A stretch of DNA of 32,000 bases from Candidatus Saccharimonadota bacterium (GCA_029715105.1 CP085695.1:630001-662000), one strand, 5' to 3'. Counted from the stretch's first letter, positions 1-10,247 are shown. A program made the numbers and translations. Notes: generated by a model not told the origin, from the sequence alone.

Positions 1-557
<557 letters not shown>

Positions 558-564
558 GGCTTTG

Positions 565-605
565 TACAACAACTCACTGTTTCTGATGATAGTGTTGTAG
601 TTGTA
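565..605 (+). other. Imperfect extended hairpin 8 nt after the 16S 3' end (possible processing or termination stem)
   Basis: TACAAC (565-570) pairs with GTTGTA (600-605). After small internal loops, AC (572-573) pairs with GT (597-598) and CACT (575-578) pairs with AGTG (591-594), leaving a 12-nt loop. No U-run follows the stem, so its function is uncertain. Confidence 0.3.
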
Positions 606-668
606 ATATTGCTGTCTCTACTTCTACTTTACTTTTATTTACTTTTTATTTCTATTTTTAAAAAAAAT

Positions 669-1055
669 ATGAATTTTAGACCACTTTCTCCACATTTACA
701 AATATATAAGCTACAAATTACTAGCTTTTTTTCTATTATTCATAGACTTACTGGGATTATATTATTCATAATACTAATGATGCTATCTTGGTACTTTATA
801 CTGCATGTTTATTTTCCCAAACTATTTATAATAAAATATCTAGATATATTATTATCATCTAATTCTGCCGTTATAAAATTTATTTATGTTCTATGCATTT
901 CATGCTTTTTATACCATTTTCTCAATGGTATTCGTTACTTATTATGGTGTGCTGGACTCAATTTAGAAATTACTAAAATCTCAAAAAGTGCCATACTACT
1001 AACAATAACTTTACTCTTCTCTGCAATAACCTTTTCACTCATACTTTTTTTATGA
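669..1055 (+). CDS. sdhC: Succinate dehydrogenase cytochrome b556 subunit
   Basis: From the ATG at 669 the product reads MNFRPLSPHLQIYKLQITSFFSIIHRLTGI..., the canonical SdhC N-terminus (RPLSPHLQIYK, HRxTG), and has three hydrophobic helices. The ORF-track TTG at 609 adds 20 low-complexity residues and is less likely. The stop overlaps the sdhD start as ATGA. Confidence 0.85.
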   Translation: MNFRPLSPHLQIYKLQITSFFSIIHRLTGIILFIILMMLSWYFILHVYFPKLFIIKYLDILLSSNSAVIKFIYVLCISCFLYHFLNGIRYLLWCAGLNLEITKISKSAILLTITLLFSAITFSLILFL

Positions 1056-1426
1056 ATGAATCTCGAAATTCAGTGTATCATTGGTGGATTCAACGTACCT
1101 CTGCCGTTATTTTATTACTTTTATTTCCTTGGTTTGCTTATTTATTTTCTCATAGTATTTATGCTGATAAACAATTGTCTTTTAATAGCAAGTTATTCTA
1201 CGCTATTAATCACCCTTTAGAACTTTTATTTTTTATTATATTATTGTTCCATGTTTTTCAGCATGCAGTTCTCGGAATGCAAACGATATGTGAAGACTAT
1301 ATACACAATATTCCTATAAGAATTTTTACGATTACATGTATAAGATATTTATCAAATATCACTTATATAACTCTCACTTTTACAATTCTTTTCTCTTACA
1401 AGCACCTTTTTTTTATAAAAACATAA
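1052..1426 (+). CDS. sdhD: Succinate dehydrogenase hydrophobic membrane anchor subunit
   Basis: The sequence includes HWWIQRTSAVILLLLFPWF, the SdhD signature, and three TM helices. It overlaps sdhC by 4 nt (ATGA), and the 124-aa size is typical. Confidence 0.85.
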   Translation: MNESRNSVYHWWIQRTSAVILLLLFPWFAYLFSHSIYADKQLSFNSKLFYAINHPLELLFFIILLFHVFQHAVLGMQTICEDYIHNIPIRIFTITCIRYLSNITYITLTFTILFSYKHLFFIKT

Positions 1427-1430
1427 ATTT

Positions 1431-1459
1431 TTGTATCAACACTCATTAATTAATAATAT
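1431..1459 (+). promoter_or_regulatory. Candidate sigma70-type promoter for the orphan ORF
   Basis: TTGTAT (1431-1436), a 17-nt spacer, then TAATAT (1454-1459), about 37 nt upstream of the ATG at 1496. AT-rich background makes -10-like hexamers common. Confidence 0.25.
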
Positions 1460-1495
1460 GGTACTATTTTATAAAAATCACTTTTTCAATATAAC

Positions 1496-2692
1496 ATGTC
1501 GCTATATCTTATAATAAAAAAATTATTCAATTTTCCTAAATCCCAAGTTTATATTAATGGATTCAGAAAAGCAATGATATACGATGGAAGAAAGTGTCAA
1601 TATCCAAAAAATTATGACCAACTTATAAAGTTAGGAAAAATTGAAAAAATTAAAAAATATAATAAAAAGCCAAAATACTATCTTAAATACAAAGGATATA
1701 AATTTGATTTAACTCTAATTAAAAAAATCGATAATAACCTTTATTTTACTATTAGCTTTCTAGTTAATAAAAATAGATATAAAATTAATGATTATCGTAA
1801 ATTTTACGAACCATTTCTTTTTAAAAAAGAAGACTTAAAAAAATATATTCCAATATTAGAAGTTAAAGAAATATTTAATTCCAAATATCCATCATTTAAA
1901 TTAACAGATTCCCACGTTCCAATAAAAAAAAATAAAGAAAAAAAAATCTATAAAATAACCGGTCAAAAAGAAAAAAACGGAAAACTATTATATAATAGCT
2001 ATTTTAAAAAATTAAACATTAGTTTTTATGAAATTAGAGATCAAAACGGTAATTTAGAATTAGATAAAAGCCTTATATCTGTTCCAATTATTTTCATTGC
2101 TAATTTAACTAAAACCTGTGTAAGAATACTTACTTCCATTCCAATGGAATTAGGAAAATACTTAATAAATAAACAAAATTCAATTACAAAAACTCTCGGT
2201 TATTTTTTATTCATCACCTCAACAATAATAAAAAACTTCGTAAACCTTGGAACAACAATATTTAAAATTCCAATTTTGTTATTAGTAACAAATAAAAAAA
2301 AATATGATGACGCTTATTGGATTATGTGGAAATTTCAAATAAAAGAATGCTGGAAAGAAATAAAAAATGATTACTCAATTGTAAAATTTGGGGGGGAAAA
2401 ATTAAAATTAAAAGAGAATAGTTATTATCCTGAATATAGAATTATGGGAACACAAAAAGAACTTGACAATAAAGAACCCAATCTTGAAAAAAAATTAAAA
2501 GATATATCAAACAAAATTAATGAGATTAATAACATAGAACAAAGAAAAAACCCAAAAAAACTACAAAATGAAAAAATCAACAAAGAAATAACATTTAAAA
2601 ACAGTATTTATACTCCTTATACTACTCTTCTTTACTCTAGAAGAGTAACACAAAAAATAAAAAATTTAAAAATACCTTACCAACAACTATAG
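1496..2692 (+). CDS. Hypothetical Lys/Asn/Ile-rich protein with a central pair of hydrophobic segments (lineage-specific orphan)
   Basis: A 398-codon open frame in roughly 20% GC DNA, where stops are expected about every 10 codons. The hydrophobic segments are at aa ~193-216 and ~233-265 (nt ~2072-2290). The flanks are highly basic and the C-terminal tail is basic. I recognise no family motif. Confidence 0.6.
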   Translation: MSLYLIIKKLFNFPKSQVYINGFRKAMIYDGRKCQYPKNYDQLIKLGKIEKIKKYNKKPKYYLKYKGYKFDLTLIKKIDNNLYFTISFLVNKNRYKINDYRKFYEPFLFKKEDLKKYIPILEVKEIFNSKYPSFKLTDSHVPIKKNKEKKIYKITGQKEKNGKLLYNSYFKKLNISFYEIRDQNGNLELDKSLISVPIIFIANLTKTCVRILTSIPMELGKYLINKQNSITKTLGYFLFITSTIIKNFVNLGTTIFKIPILLLVTNKKKYDDAYWIMWKFQIKECWKEIKNDYSIVKFGGEKLKLKENSYYPEYRIMGTQKELDNKEPNLEKKLKDISNKINEINNIEQRKNPKKLQNEKINKEITFKNSIYTPYTTLLYSRRVTQKIKNLKIPYQQL

Positions 2693-3512
2693 TTTATCCA
2701 AACACCTTTCTTTATTACCACACTTTAATAAAGACTTTTTTAAAAATTTAAATTTTAACTTCTTTTATTGGACTCTTTTTTATTCGAAAGTAAAATAAAA
2801 ATTACTATCATAATGATTACTAGATAGTAATTAATGCACCTCTAAAATTTAGAACCGCATTATATTTTCTATAACACAAAATTCCATCAGCCTATCCATA
2901 TTTTACTACTTCTTATGCAAAATTTCACCCCCTGCCTACAAAAATATTTTAGCATTTTAAGTATTTAAAAATCAACTAATCTATATAAGTTAATATAAAT
3001 TAACATTCCCGACCAAAACCACTATATATAAATCTCTAACTACTATAAAAATATCTCTTATCCTAAATAACTATTTAAAATTTATCTAAGTTTACTCTAT
3101 AAGTATAAATTATAAACTCCGTAAACCATCAATACATAAGAACAACTATAATAAAGAAACCACCACTCTAACAAACACACTCTTCCCTAAAAGAACAAAT
3201 CCTTTCTTTATCTCTCTTTTATCACTATATTACAACTTCTAACTTGGATTAAAGAAAACTAATCACATAAACACTAAAACTCTGCACATATTTTTCTCTA
3301 TCCTTTTTTAAAATTTAAAAATAAACCACACACCAAAACTTTCTATATCAGTCTTTAAATTGTAACCTCAACATCAATCCTCAAATATCTATTAAATACA
3401 AACCATCATGCTACAATTTTTTAAAAACAAAACTATCATAAAAATCCTTAGATCCTTATAATAATATTTTATAATTTCAACTATCTCGATAAAAACCTTT
3501 AATAGAAAAATA

Positions 3513-3830
3513 TTACCTATTGCGAGAACCCTTACTATTACCACCACTTTTATTATACAACATGTTCTCACTATTACTCATGTCATAGCTAGGATAAAAT
3601 TTACCATCATTACCAATTATATAATTCACCTTCTCAACATTATTACATTCTTTATATAAACTCTCAATTCCCGAATCTTCTAATAATTTCTTGGTTCTTG
3701 ATTTTACAACTATAAAATACCTATACACATCTCCAATGAGCTTGATAAGTGTAGGCATCTTTCTTTTATCAAAAGCAATTATACCCACTAACGCCACAAC
3801 CAAAACTTCCGAAAAACCTATACCGAACAT
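3513..3830 (-). CDS. tatB: Twin-arginine translocase subunit, TatB-like (TatA/TatB family)
   Basis: The N-terminus MFGIGFSEVLVVALVGIIAFDKRKMPTLIKLIGDVYRYF aligns with the E. coli TatB N-terminus as I recall it ([39 protein letters not shown]). It has one TM helix followed by an amphipathic helix. The ATG lies 1 nt after the gdh stop. Confidence 0.7.
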   Translation of the reverse strand: MFGIGFSEVLVVALVGIIAFDKRKMPTLIKLIGDVYRYFIVVKSRTKKLLEDSGIESLYKECNNVEKVNYIIGNDGKFYPSYDMSNSENMLYNKSGGNSKGSRNR

Positions 3831-3831
3831 T

Positions 3832-6800
3832 CTATAAAACGAGCATTTTAATCCTTCTTATTATAAATATAAATTTACTTAAATCAAGCTCAGAAGCAAG
3901 CATCTCATCTAAAAAATTATTATAACGCTCTATACAATTCACAGCATTATTATAAACCCAAGCATGAACTCTATCTTCACAACTACCAGATGACCTTATA
4001 ACTTTAATGGATAATTTATAATGATAATTACTCAAATCATCCAATAAATCATTAATTAAACTACGATCCCAATAAGAAGAATGACTTTTCATTTTTATAG
4101 CAATCGTTTTGATTACATCAAACCGTAATAGAGATTTCAATCCAAAATATACTTTACCAACATCAAGAATAGATAATGAAGTTTGTTTAGAAATTAATAT
4201 AATATCTAATGCATAAGCTAAAACATATAAATTAGCAACTTTTTTTGCTAAATCTTTATTTATATTGAGACCCAGTAAAAAATCGGATCCATGATAATAA
4301 ATCTTTAACAAATGTTCATCTAAAATACTAGTTAAATTTTTATCTAAAAATTTAACTACATCTTGAAACTTTATAATATCATCTAACTTTATAGGAGCAA
4401 ATTTATTAAGGTTTTTTACTAACCAAAATGATACTCTACCAATAAACTTCTGTACATTTCTCACTATTCTTAAATACGAATTAACATCAATTTTACCATC
4501 TAATTTATCAATTTTCTTCCACAAACTATCTAAACCATACAAACGATTAATAACAATATATACATTGACTGCTTCATGCACTCTAATCCCAGTATTTTCA
4601 ACTAAATTATTAATAAATATACACCCCATTCTATTTACTATATCATTCGCAATACAAATAGAAATAATTTCTCTACGAAGCTGATGGTTTAATATATAGC
4701 CCTTAAACTCTGTTACCATTCTTTGCGGAAAGTAATTTAATAAATAATTACAACATAAAAAATCTTTTTCAGGTAAACAAGAAATCTTAATTTCATTTTC
4801 TATTGCTGTTCTAGCATAAGACATTAAAACAGAAAGCTGAGGAGAACTAAAATACTTCTTTCCAGCTAACATTTCCGCTATTTCTCTATCATCTGGAAGA
4901 AATTCCATACTCCGATTTAACAATCCAGCTTTTTCTAAATTAAGCAATAATCTATGATGCTGCTCTAATCTTTTTTTAGCTTGTAAACATTCAAAAAGTA
5001 ATGCTTTTGTTTCAATCCTATTATGCTCTTCAAGTACCTTAAATGCAACTTCATCCATCATACTAGCCAATATTTCATTCCTTTCCTCCAAAGAAATACT
5101 CCCCTTTTTCATAATTGAAGCAAATGCAATTTTAATATTAACTTCTAAATCAGAACATATCACTCCAGCAGAATTATCAATAAAATCTGCATTAACACAT
5201 CCACCTTTTTCCGCATACTCTACCCTCCCAAGTTGGGTACAACCAAGATTTCCACCCTCTATAAATATAGAAGCCATAATATCTTCACCATTTATTCTTA
5301 ACTCATCATTTACCTTATCACCTACCATATCATGGCTTTCATTTCTTGATTTAACAAATGTACCAATTCCTCCATTCCATATAAGATCTACTTTAGCTTT
5401 CAATAAATACTTTATCAAATCATTCGGAGATAAAACATCTTCTACTATATCAAAACACTTTTTTATTTCCTGGGAAATATTTATTTCCTTACTACTGCGC
5501 TCAAATACTCCACCACCCTTAGAAATTAAACTTCTATTATAATCCATCCAAGTTGAAGATGGTAAACTAAAAAGTCTTTCACGCTCCATAAAACTTTTTT
5601 TAACATCAGGATTTGGATCAATAAAAATATGCACATGATTAAACGCGCCAATTAAACTCATTTTTTTCGAAAGAAGCATACCATTACCGAATAAATCACC
5701 AGCCATATCTCCAATCCCAATGACAGTCACATTTTGATAAATATCCCTATTCATCCTCCAAAAATGCCTTTGTGCCGCAATCCATGCACCCCTCGCGGTA
5801 ATACCCATCTTTTTATGATCATAACCTGTAGATCCGCCGGACGCAAATGCATCACCAAGCCAAAAATTATACTCAAAAGCTATTTGATTAGCATAGTTAG
5901 AAAACAAAGCAGTACCTTTATCTGCTGCAACTACTAAATACGGATCATCTTTATCATATCTAATCACATTTTCCGGTGGAACTACACCACCATCAATTAT
6001 ATTGTCAGTAACATCAAGCATCCCTCTGATAAAATTTTTATAACACTCAACACCCTTCTCCATTAGAACACTTTTATCCACATAAACTTCCTTTACTATA
6101 AACCCACCCTTTGCACCAACAGGTAATATAACTGTATTTTTAGTCATTTGAGTTTTCATAAGACCTAAAATTTCAGTACGAAAATCTTCTATTCTACTTG
6201 ACCATCTTAAACCACCACGTGCTAATTTGCCTCCCCTTAGATGTATCCCCTCAAAGGGGGTTGAATACACATATAATTCACAATACGGACGAGGATTAGG
6301 CAAGTCATTTATTTTACTTGAATCAAATTTTATAGATAAATATGACCTATCATTCTGATAATAATTAGTTCTTAAAATGGCCATTATTAAATTAAATATG
6401 GAATTTATAACATAATCATGTGAAATATCACTTATCTCTCCTAAAAGTTCCCTAATTTTCTCTCTAAAAATATCTGTAGTTTTTACCCTATCAATGTCCA
6501 TACCAGGATCAAATCTTACATGAAATAATTGTATTAAATATCTCACTATTTTTGGATAGTCTGAAACTACTTTTTGAATATATCTAACATTATACTTAAA
6601 AGATATTTGCTTCAAATAAGCACTCAAAGCCCTAATTAGAAATACCTCTTTCCACCCTAATCCGGCAATAACAATTAAGCTATTAAAATAATCATTCTCA
6701 ATTTCTCCATTAAACACTTTTATAAGTGTTATCTCAAATTGTTCTTTTGAAATAATGTTATCTATCAATATATTAACCCTTAATAATACAAAACAATGTA

Positions 6801-8541
6801 TCCATACTCCGTCATTTATCTCTACATGATAACTATTATGAGATAAAATCTTCACTCCAAGATTATTGATAACACTCAATATCTTTGATAGCTCAAGACC
6901 TCCATTGCTTGGAGTATAAACCTTCAATTGATAAAAGTTGTCACAATTGAATTTTAAATCAACTTCATTTACTCTTTTTTTTCTTACTATCTCCAATTTC
7001 TTTATATCATAATATGCATCATTAGGTTCAAAACTCTCTTGGTAACTTACTGGAAATGCTCTACAATAACGAATAAATACACTATCATTAACAATACTAA
7101 AAATATTATCCATAAAACGATCATCCCACTCTTCTATAATACTTCTTAACTTATCTTCAACGCACAATAAAACTTCTTTAGTAAAAACACTAAATTCAAC
7201 CTTCAATATCACATGCAACTTCATTAAGTCATACTCATTTATAATATGTCGATTATAAATCGATGCAAATTTTGCATTTACCTCATTTTTTAATATATTA
7301 CATATCTTAAGCATCAACCTAGTGCCAGCAGAACGCATAGGTATTAATACTATACAACTAACAAAATTTCCTATCTTCTTTAAGAACAATTTAACTCTTG
7401 GCTTAATTGCAAGAGACATAATTAAAATACAAATTTTAAATAATTCATCTTCATTAAACTGAAATAATTCATCACAAGAAAATGCTTGTAAAATAGAAAT
7501 TAATGCCTTGTTGTTGTGACAACCAGATATAAAACCAGATTTTTTCTCTATCACCTTAACTTTAGTTTTTATTATCGGAATAGTTCTAATGTCTTGAACT
7601 TCAGCAGTAGAAGTAAATAATCCAAAAAAACGATGCTCTCTTACTATAAGATCACCATTAAATTCTCTCACCCCTATACAATTTATATATGTTCGCTTAT
7701 GAACTATTGAAATCAAATCTGACATTAATACATATAAATGATTAACATCTTCTACATGAGTAACCAACACATTTTGATATTTCTCTTCAAGAATTCTCAT
7801 TAAACCAAGATTTTCTCTACTATTTAAAATAACATTACAATTTCCATTGTAAATGCATTCTTGATAACCCAAGAATATAAAATTATTATTCTTCAACCAA
7901 ACTAAAAAATCTTTTTCTTTAATTCCAACACCAGTATTAGATGTCGATGCAACATAATAAATCGCTTCATCTAATTTTTTAAGCATTAATTGCCAATCTT
8001 TCACTACCCAATAAACAGCTTCTAATGTCTTATGCAAGGATTCTTTTATTATAGAAATAAAACTATCACCTATATTTTTAATAAGCACATATATTACTGA
8101 TTCCTTGACACCACCGCTATCATCTAAATGATAAATTTCATCAATAATGCCACTCTTTCTTTGAATATTGATTATACTATTACTATAATAACATATATTT
8201 AAACCATGTGATTTAATAGTTGAAATCACGGAGTCAACTAAAAATGGCATATCATCATTTGCTATCTTAATTATAGTAAAACTACCTCTTATTCCAGGTA
8301 TATCACTTACATTACTTATTATTAATTTACTTTCTTCTTTTTCCTTTTTAAGGATAAAATTAAATGCATCTTCTGCAATGTATAGAAGAAATTTACCACT
8401 AATTTTTAAGTCACTATTATAAATAAAACTGCAAAAATACTTAACAAACTCCCTAATCTTCTTTTCTTTTTCTTCTTGATTAATTAGTTTTAATAGAGAC
8501 TCAACGTCAACATTATACTCCACAAACATTTTTATAACCAA
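3832..8541 (-). CDS. NAD-specific glutamate dehydrogenase, large (~180 kDa) class
   Basis: The 1569-aa product has the catalytic core ...HLRGGKLARGGLRWSSRIEDFRTEILGLMKTQMTKNTVILPVGAKGGFIV... and ...GDMAGDLFGNGML..., both typical of the giant bacterial NAD-GDH family. The ORF-track start at 8541 is TTG. An in-frame ATG at 8529 (MFVEYNV...) is the more likely start. Confidence 0.9.
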   Translation of the reverse strand: MVIKMFVEYNVDVESLLKLINQEEKEKKIREFVKYFCSFIYNSDLKISGKFLLYIAEDAFNFILKKEKEESKLIISNVSDIPGIRGSFTIIKIANDDMPFLVDSVISTIKSHGLNICYYSNSIINIQRKSGIIDEIYHLDDSGGVKESVIYVLIKNIGDSFISIIKESLHKTLEAVYWVVKDWQLMLKKLDEAIYYVASTSNTGVGIKEKDFLVWLKNNNFIFLGYQECIYNGNCNVILNSRENLGLMRILEEKYQNVLVTHVEDVNHLYVLMSDLISIVHKRTYINCIGVREFNGDLIVREHRFFGLFTSTAEVQDIRTIPIIKTKVKVIEKKSGFISGCHNNKALISILQAFSCDELFQFNEDELFKICILIMSLAIKPRVKLFLKKIGNFVSCIVLIPMRSAGTRLMLKICNILKNEVNAKFASIYNRHIINEYDLMKLHVILKVEFSVFTKEVLLCVEDKLRSIIEEWDDRFMDNIFSIVNDSVFIRYCRAFPVSYQESFEPNDAYYDIKKLEIVRKKRVNEVDLKFNCDNFYQLKVYTPSNGGLELSKILSVINNLGVKILSHNSYHVEINDGVWIHCFVLLRVNILIDNIISKEQFEITLIKVFNGEIENDYFNSLIVIAGLGWKEVFLIRALSAYLKQISFKYNVRYIQKVVSDYPKIVRYLIQLFHVRFDPGMDIDRVKTTDIFREKIRELLGEISDISHDYVINSIFNLIMAILRTNYYQNDRSYLSIKFDSSKINDLPNPRPYCELYVYSTPFEGIHLRGGKLARGGLRWSSRIEDFRTEILGLMKTQMTKNTVILPVGAKGGFIVKEVYVDKSVLMEKGVECYKNFIRGMLDVTDNIIDGGVVPPENVIRYDKDDPYLVVAADKGTALFSNYANQIAFEYNFWLGDAFASGGSTGYDHKKMGITARGAWIAAQRHFWRMNRDIYQNVTVIGIGDMAGDLFGNGMLLSKKMSLIGAFNHVHIFIDPNPDVKKSFMERERLFSLPSSTWMDYNRSLISKGGGVFERSSKEINISQEIKKCFDIVEDVLSPNDLIKYLLKAKVDLIWNGGIGTFVKSRNESHDMVGDKVNDELRINGEDIMASIFIEGGNLGCTQLGRVEYAEKGGCVNADFIDNSAGVICSDLEVNIKIAFASIMKKGSISLEERNEILASMMDEVAFKVLEEHNRIETKALLFECLQAKKRLEQHHRLLLNLEKAGLLNRSMEFLPDDREIAEMLAGKKYFSSPQLSVLMSYARTAIENEIKISCLPEKDFLCCNYLLNYFPQRMVTEFKGYILNHQLRREIISICIANDIVNRMGCIFINNLVENTGIRVHEAVNVYIVINRLYGLDSLWKKIDKLDGKIDVNSYLRIVRNVQKFIGRVSFWLVKNLNKFAPIKLDDIIKFQDVVKFLDKNLTSILDEHLLKIYYHGSDFLLGLNINKDLAKKVANLYVLAYALDIILISKQTSLSILDVGKVYFGLKSLLRFDVIKTIAIKMKSHSSYWDRSLINDLLDDLSNYHYKLSIKVIRSSGSCEDRVHAWVYNNAVNCIERYNNFLDEMLASELDLSKFIFIIRRIKMLVL

Positions 8542-8891
8542 AAATACACAGTAGATTTAACCCCCCTTTTAGTAAGAAAAAACTTTATTATTAAAATACA
8601 TAACTCCCTATCAATCTTTTACTTCATTATACACAACGCCAACTTTATGATGCCTGTCCAAAACAAACTTCAAAATAGGAGATATCCATTATATGATATA
8701 TAAAACTTTCTCTAACAGCAAAAATAATAAAATAAAACATACAACAGATTAAAATCCTAATTCTCTACAGATTTTTAAAATAATATATAAACACAAATTT
8801 TCTTCCAGTTAGATGTGAACTCTCACATTTCAAATCATATAATCTCATGTTATCGCATAATTTTTCAACTAATGTCAAATTAATATAACAA

Positions 8892-8920
8892 TTGACTTTT
8901 AATATAATTCAATCTACATT
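8892..8920 (+). promoter_or_regulatory. Candidate sigma70-type promoter for nuoD
   Basis: TTGACT (8892-8897), a 17-nt spacer, then TACATT (8915-8920). This implies a very short leader before the TTG at 8936 or the ATG at 8945. Confidence 0.3.
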
Positions 8921-8935
8921 ACCTTAATACTTTAG

Positions 8936-10117
8936 TTGGATCTTATGTCAGATCTAAAAACAATGATATTAAATTTTGGTCCTCAACATCCGGCAGCTCA
9001 TGGAGTACTACGCCTTATACTAGAAATGGACGGTGAAATAATTGAAAGAGCGGATCCACACATTGGGTTTTTGCATCGTGGTACTGAAAAATTAATAGAA
9101 TACAAAACATATCTACAAGCTTTACCATATTTCGATCGACTTGATTACGTATCACCAATGTCACAAGAACATGCATATTCACTATGTGTAGAAAAATTAC
9201 TAAAGTGTGAGATTCCAACTAGGGCAAAATATCTACGTATCTTATTCTGCGAATTAACTAGAATACTCAATCACTTACTTAATATCTCTTCTCAAGCATT
9301 AGATGTTGGAGCGATGACTCCTCTTCTATGGCTTTTTGAAGAAAGAGAAAAAATATTAAGATTTTATGAAAGAGCTTCGGGTGCAAGGTTTCATGCAGCA
9401 TATATCAGACCAGGTGGAGTTTCTAAAGATATCTCAAAAGACCTAATTGATGATATTGCAATATTTACAGAACAGTTTCCACAATATATAGATGATATTG
9501 ATGAATTACTAACAGAAAATAGAATATGGAAACAACGAACTGTAGGAATTAGTGAAATATCAATTGAACAAGCTCTTAACTGGGGTTTTAGCGGACCAAT
9601 GCTACGCGCAGCTGGATTAGCTTGGGACTTACGGAAAAGTCAACCATATGAAGTATATGACCAACTAGATTTTGATATACCAATCGGCCAAAACGGTGAC
9701 TGTTATGACCGTTACTTAGTAAGAATGGCAGAAATTAGACAATCTATTAAATTAGTAAAACAATGCATAGAAAAAATGCCAGAAGGACCAATAAAAACTA
9801 AAAATAGAAAAATTTCTCCACCCTCAAGAGAAGAAATGAAGACTTCCATGGAAGCTATGATCCATCACTTTAAACTCTATTCAGAGGGATATCATGTACC
9901 AAAAGGTGAATTTTACGTAGCAGTTGAGGCACCAAAAGGTGAATTTGGAGTATATATAGTATCAAATGGAACCAATATACCATATAGGTGTAGAATAAGA
10001 GCACCTGGTTTTGCACATTTACAGGCTTTAGATTTCATATCGAAAGGACACATGCTTGCTGATATTGCAGCAATCATTGGTTCGCTCGATATAGTATTTG
10101 GCGAAATCGATAGATAA
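8936..10117 (+). CDS. nuoD: NADH-quinone oxidoreductase subunit D
   Basis: [21 protein letters not shown] near the N-terminus and the C-terminal ...[14 protein letters not shown]...DIVFGEIDR are hallmark NuoD/NDUFS2 sequences. The start is TTG at 8936 or the in-frame ATG at 8945. Confidence 0.95.
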   Translation: MDLMSDLKTMILNFGPQHPAAHGVLRLILEMDGEIIERADPHIGFLHRGTEKLIEYKTYLQALPYFDRLDYVSPMSQEHAYSLCVEKLLKCEIPTRAKYLRILFCELTRILNHLLNISSQALDVGAMTPLLWLFEEREKILRFYERASGARFHAAYIRPGGVSKDISKDLIDDIAIFTEQFPQYIDDIDELLTENRIWKQRTVGISEISIEQALNWGFSGPMLRAAGLAWDLRKSQPYEVYDQLDFDIPIGQNGDCYDRYLVRMAEIRQSIKLVKQCIEKMPEGPIKTKNRKISPPSREEMKTSMEAMIHHFKLYSEGYHVPKGEFYVAVEAPKGEFGVYIVSNGTNIPYRCRIRAPGFAHLQALDFISKGHMLADIAAIIGSLDIVFGEIDR

Positions 10118-10227
10118 AATTTATAATTTTTATTATAAAATGTAGTATGAACTTTATTACATATATTTTATAAATGTTTTAGAGAGTTACTTATATCTTG
10201 ATTAAGAACACCACCATACCTTTTTAT

Positions 10228-10247
10228 ATACGAAGAACCCTTCGTAT
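10228..10247. other. Perfect 8-bp stem with a 4-nt loop, ~110 nt downstream of nuoD
   Basis: ATACGAAG-AACC-CTTCGTAT. No U-run follows it on either strand, so it is not a canonical intrinsic terminator. It may stabilise an mRNA 3' end, or it may be chance. Confidence 0.2.

Noticed and set aside
609-668. A 20-codon N-terminal extension of sdhC from the TTG at 609
   Set aside because: The extension is low-complexity (LLLLYFYLLFISIFKKN). The canonical SdhC N-terminus MNFRPLSPHLQIYK begins at the ATG at 669.
2801-2831. A 9-bp inverted repeat, ATTACTATC...GATAGTAAT, downstream of the orphan ORF
   Set aside because: The stem is almost entirely A/T with a 13-nt loop and no U-run, so it would be thermodynamically weak. 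It is not convincing as a terminator.
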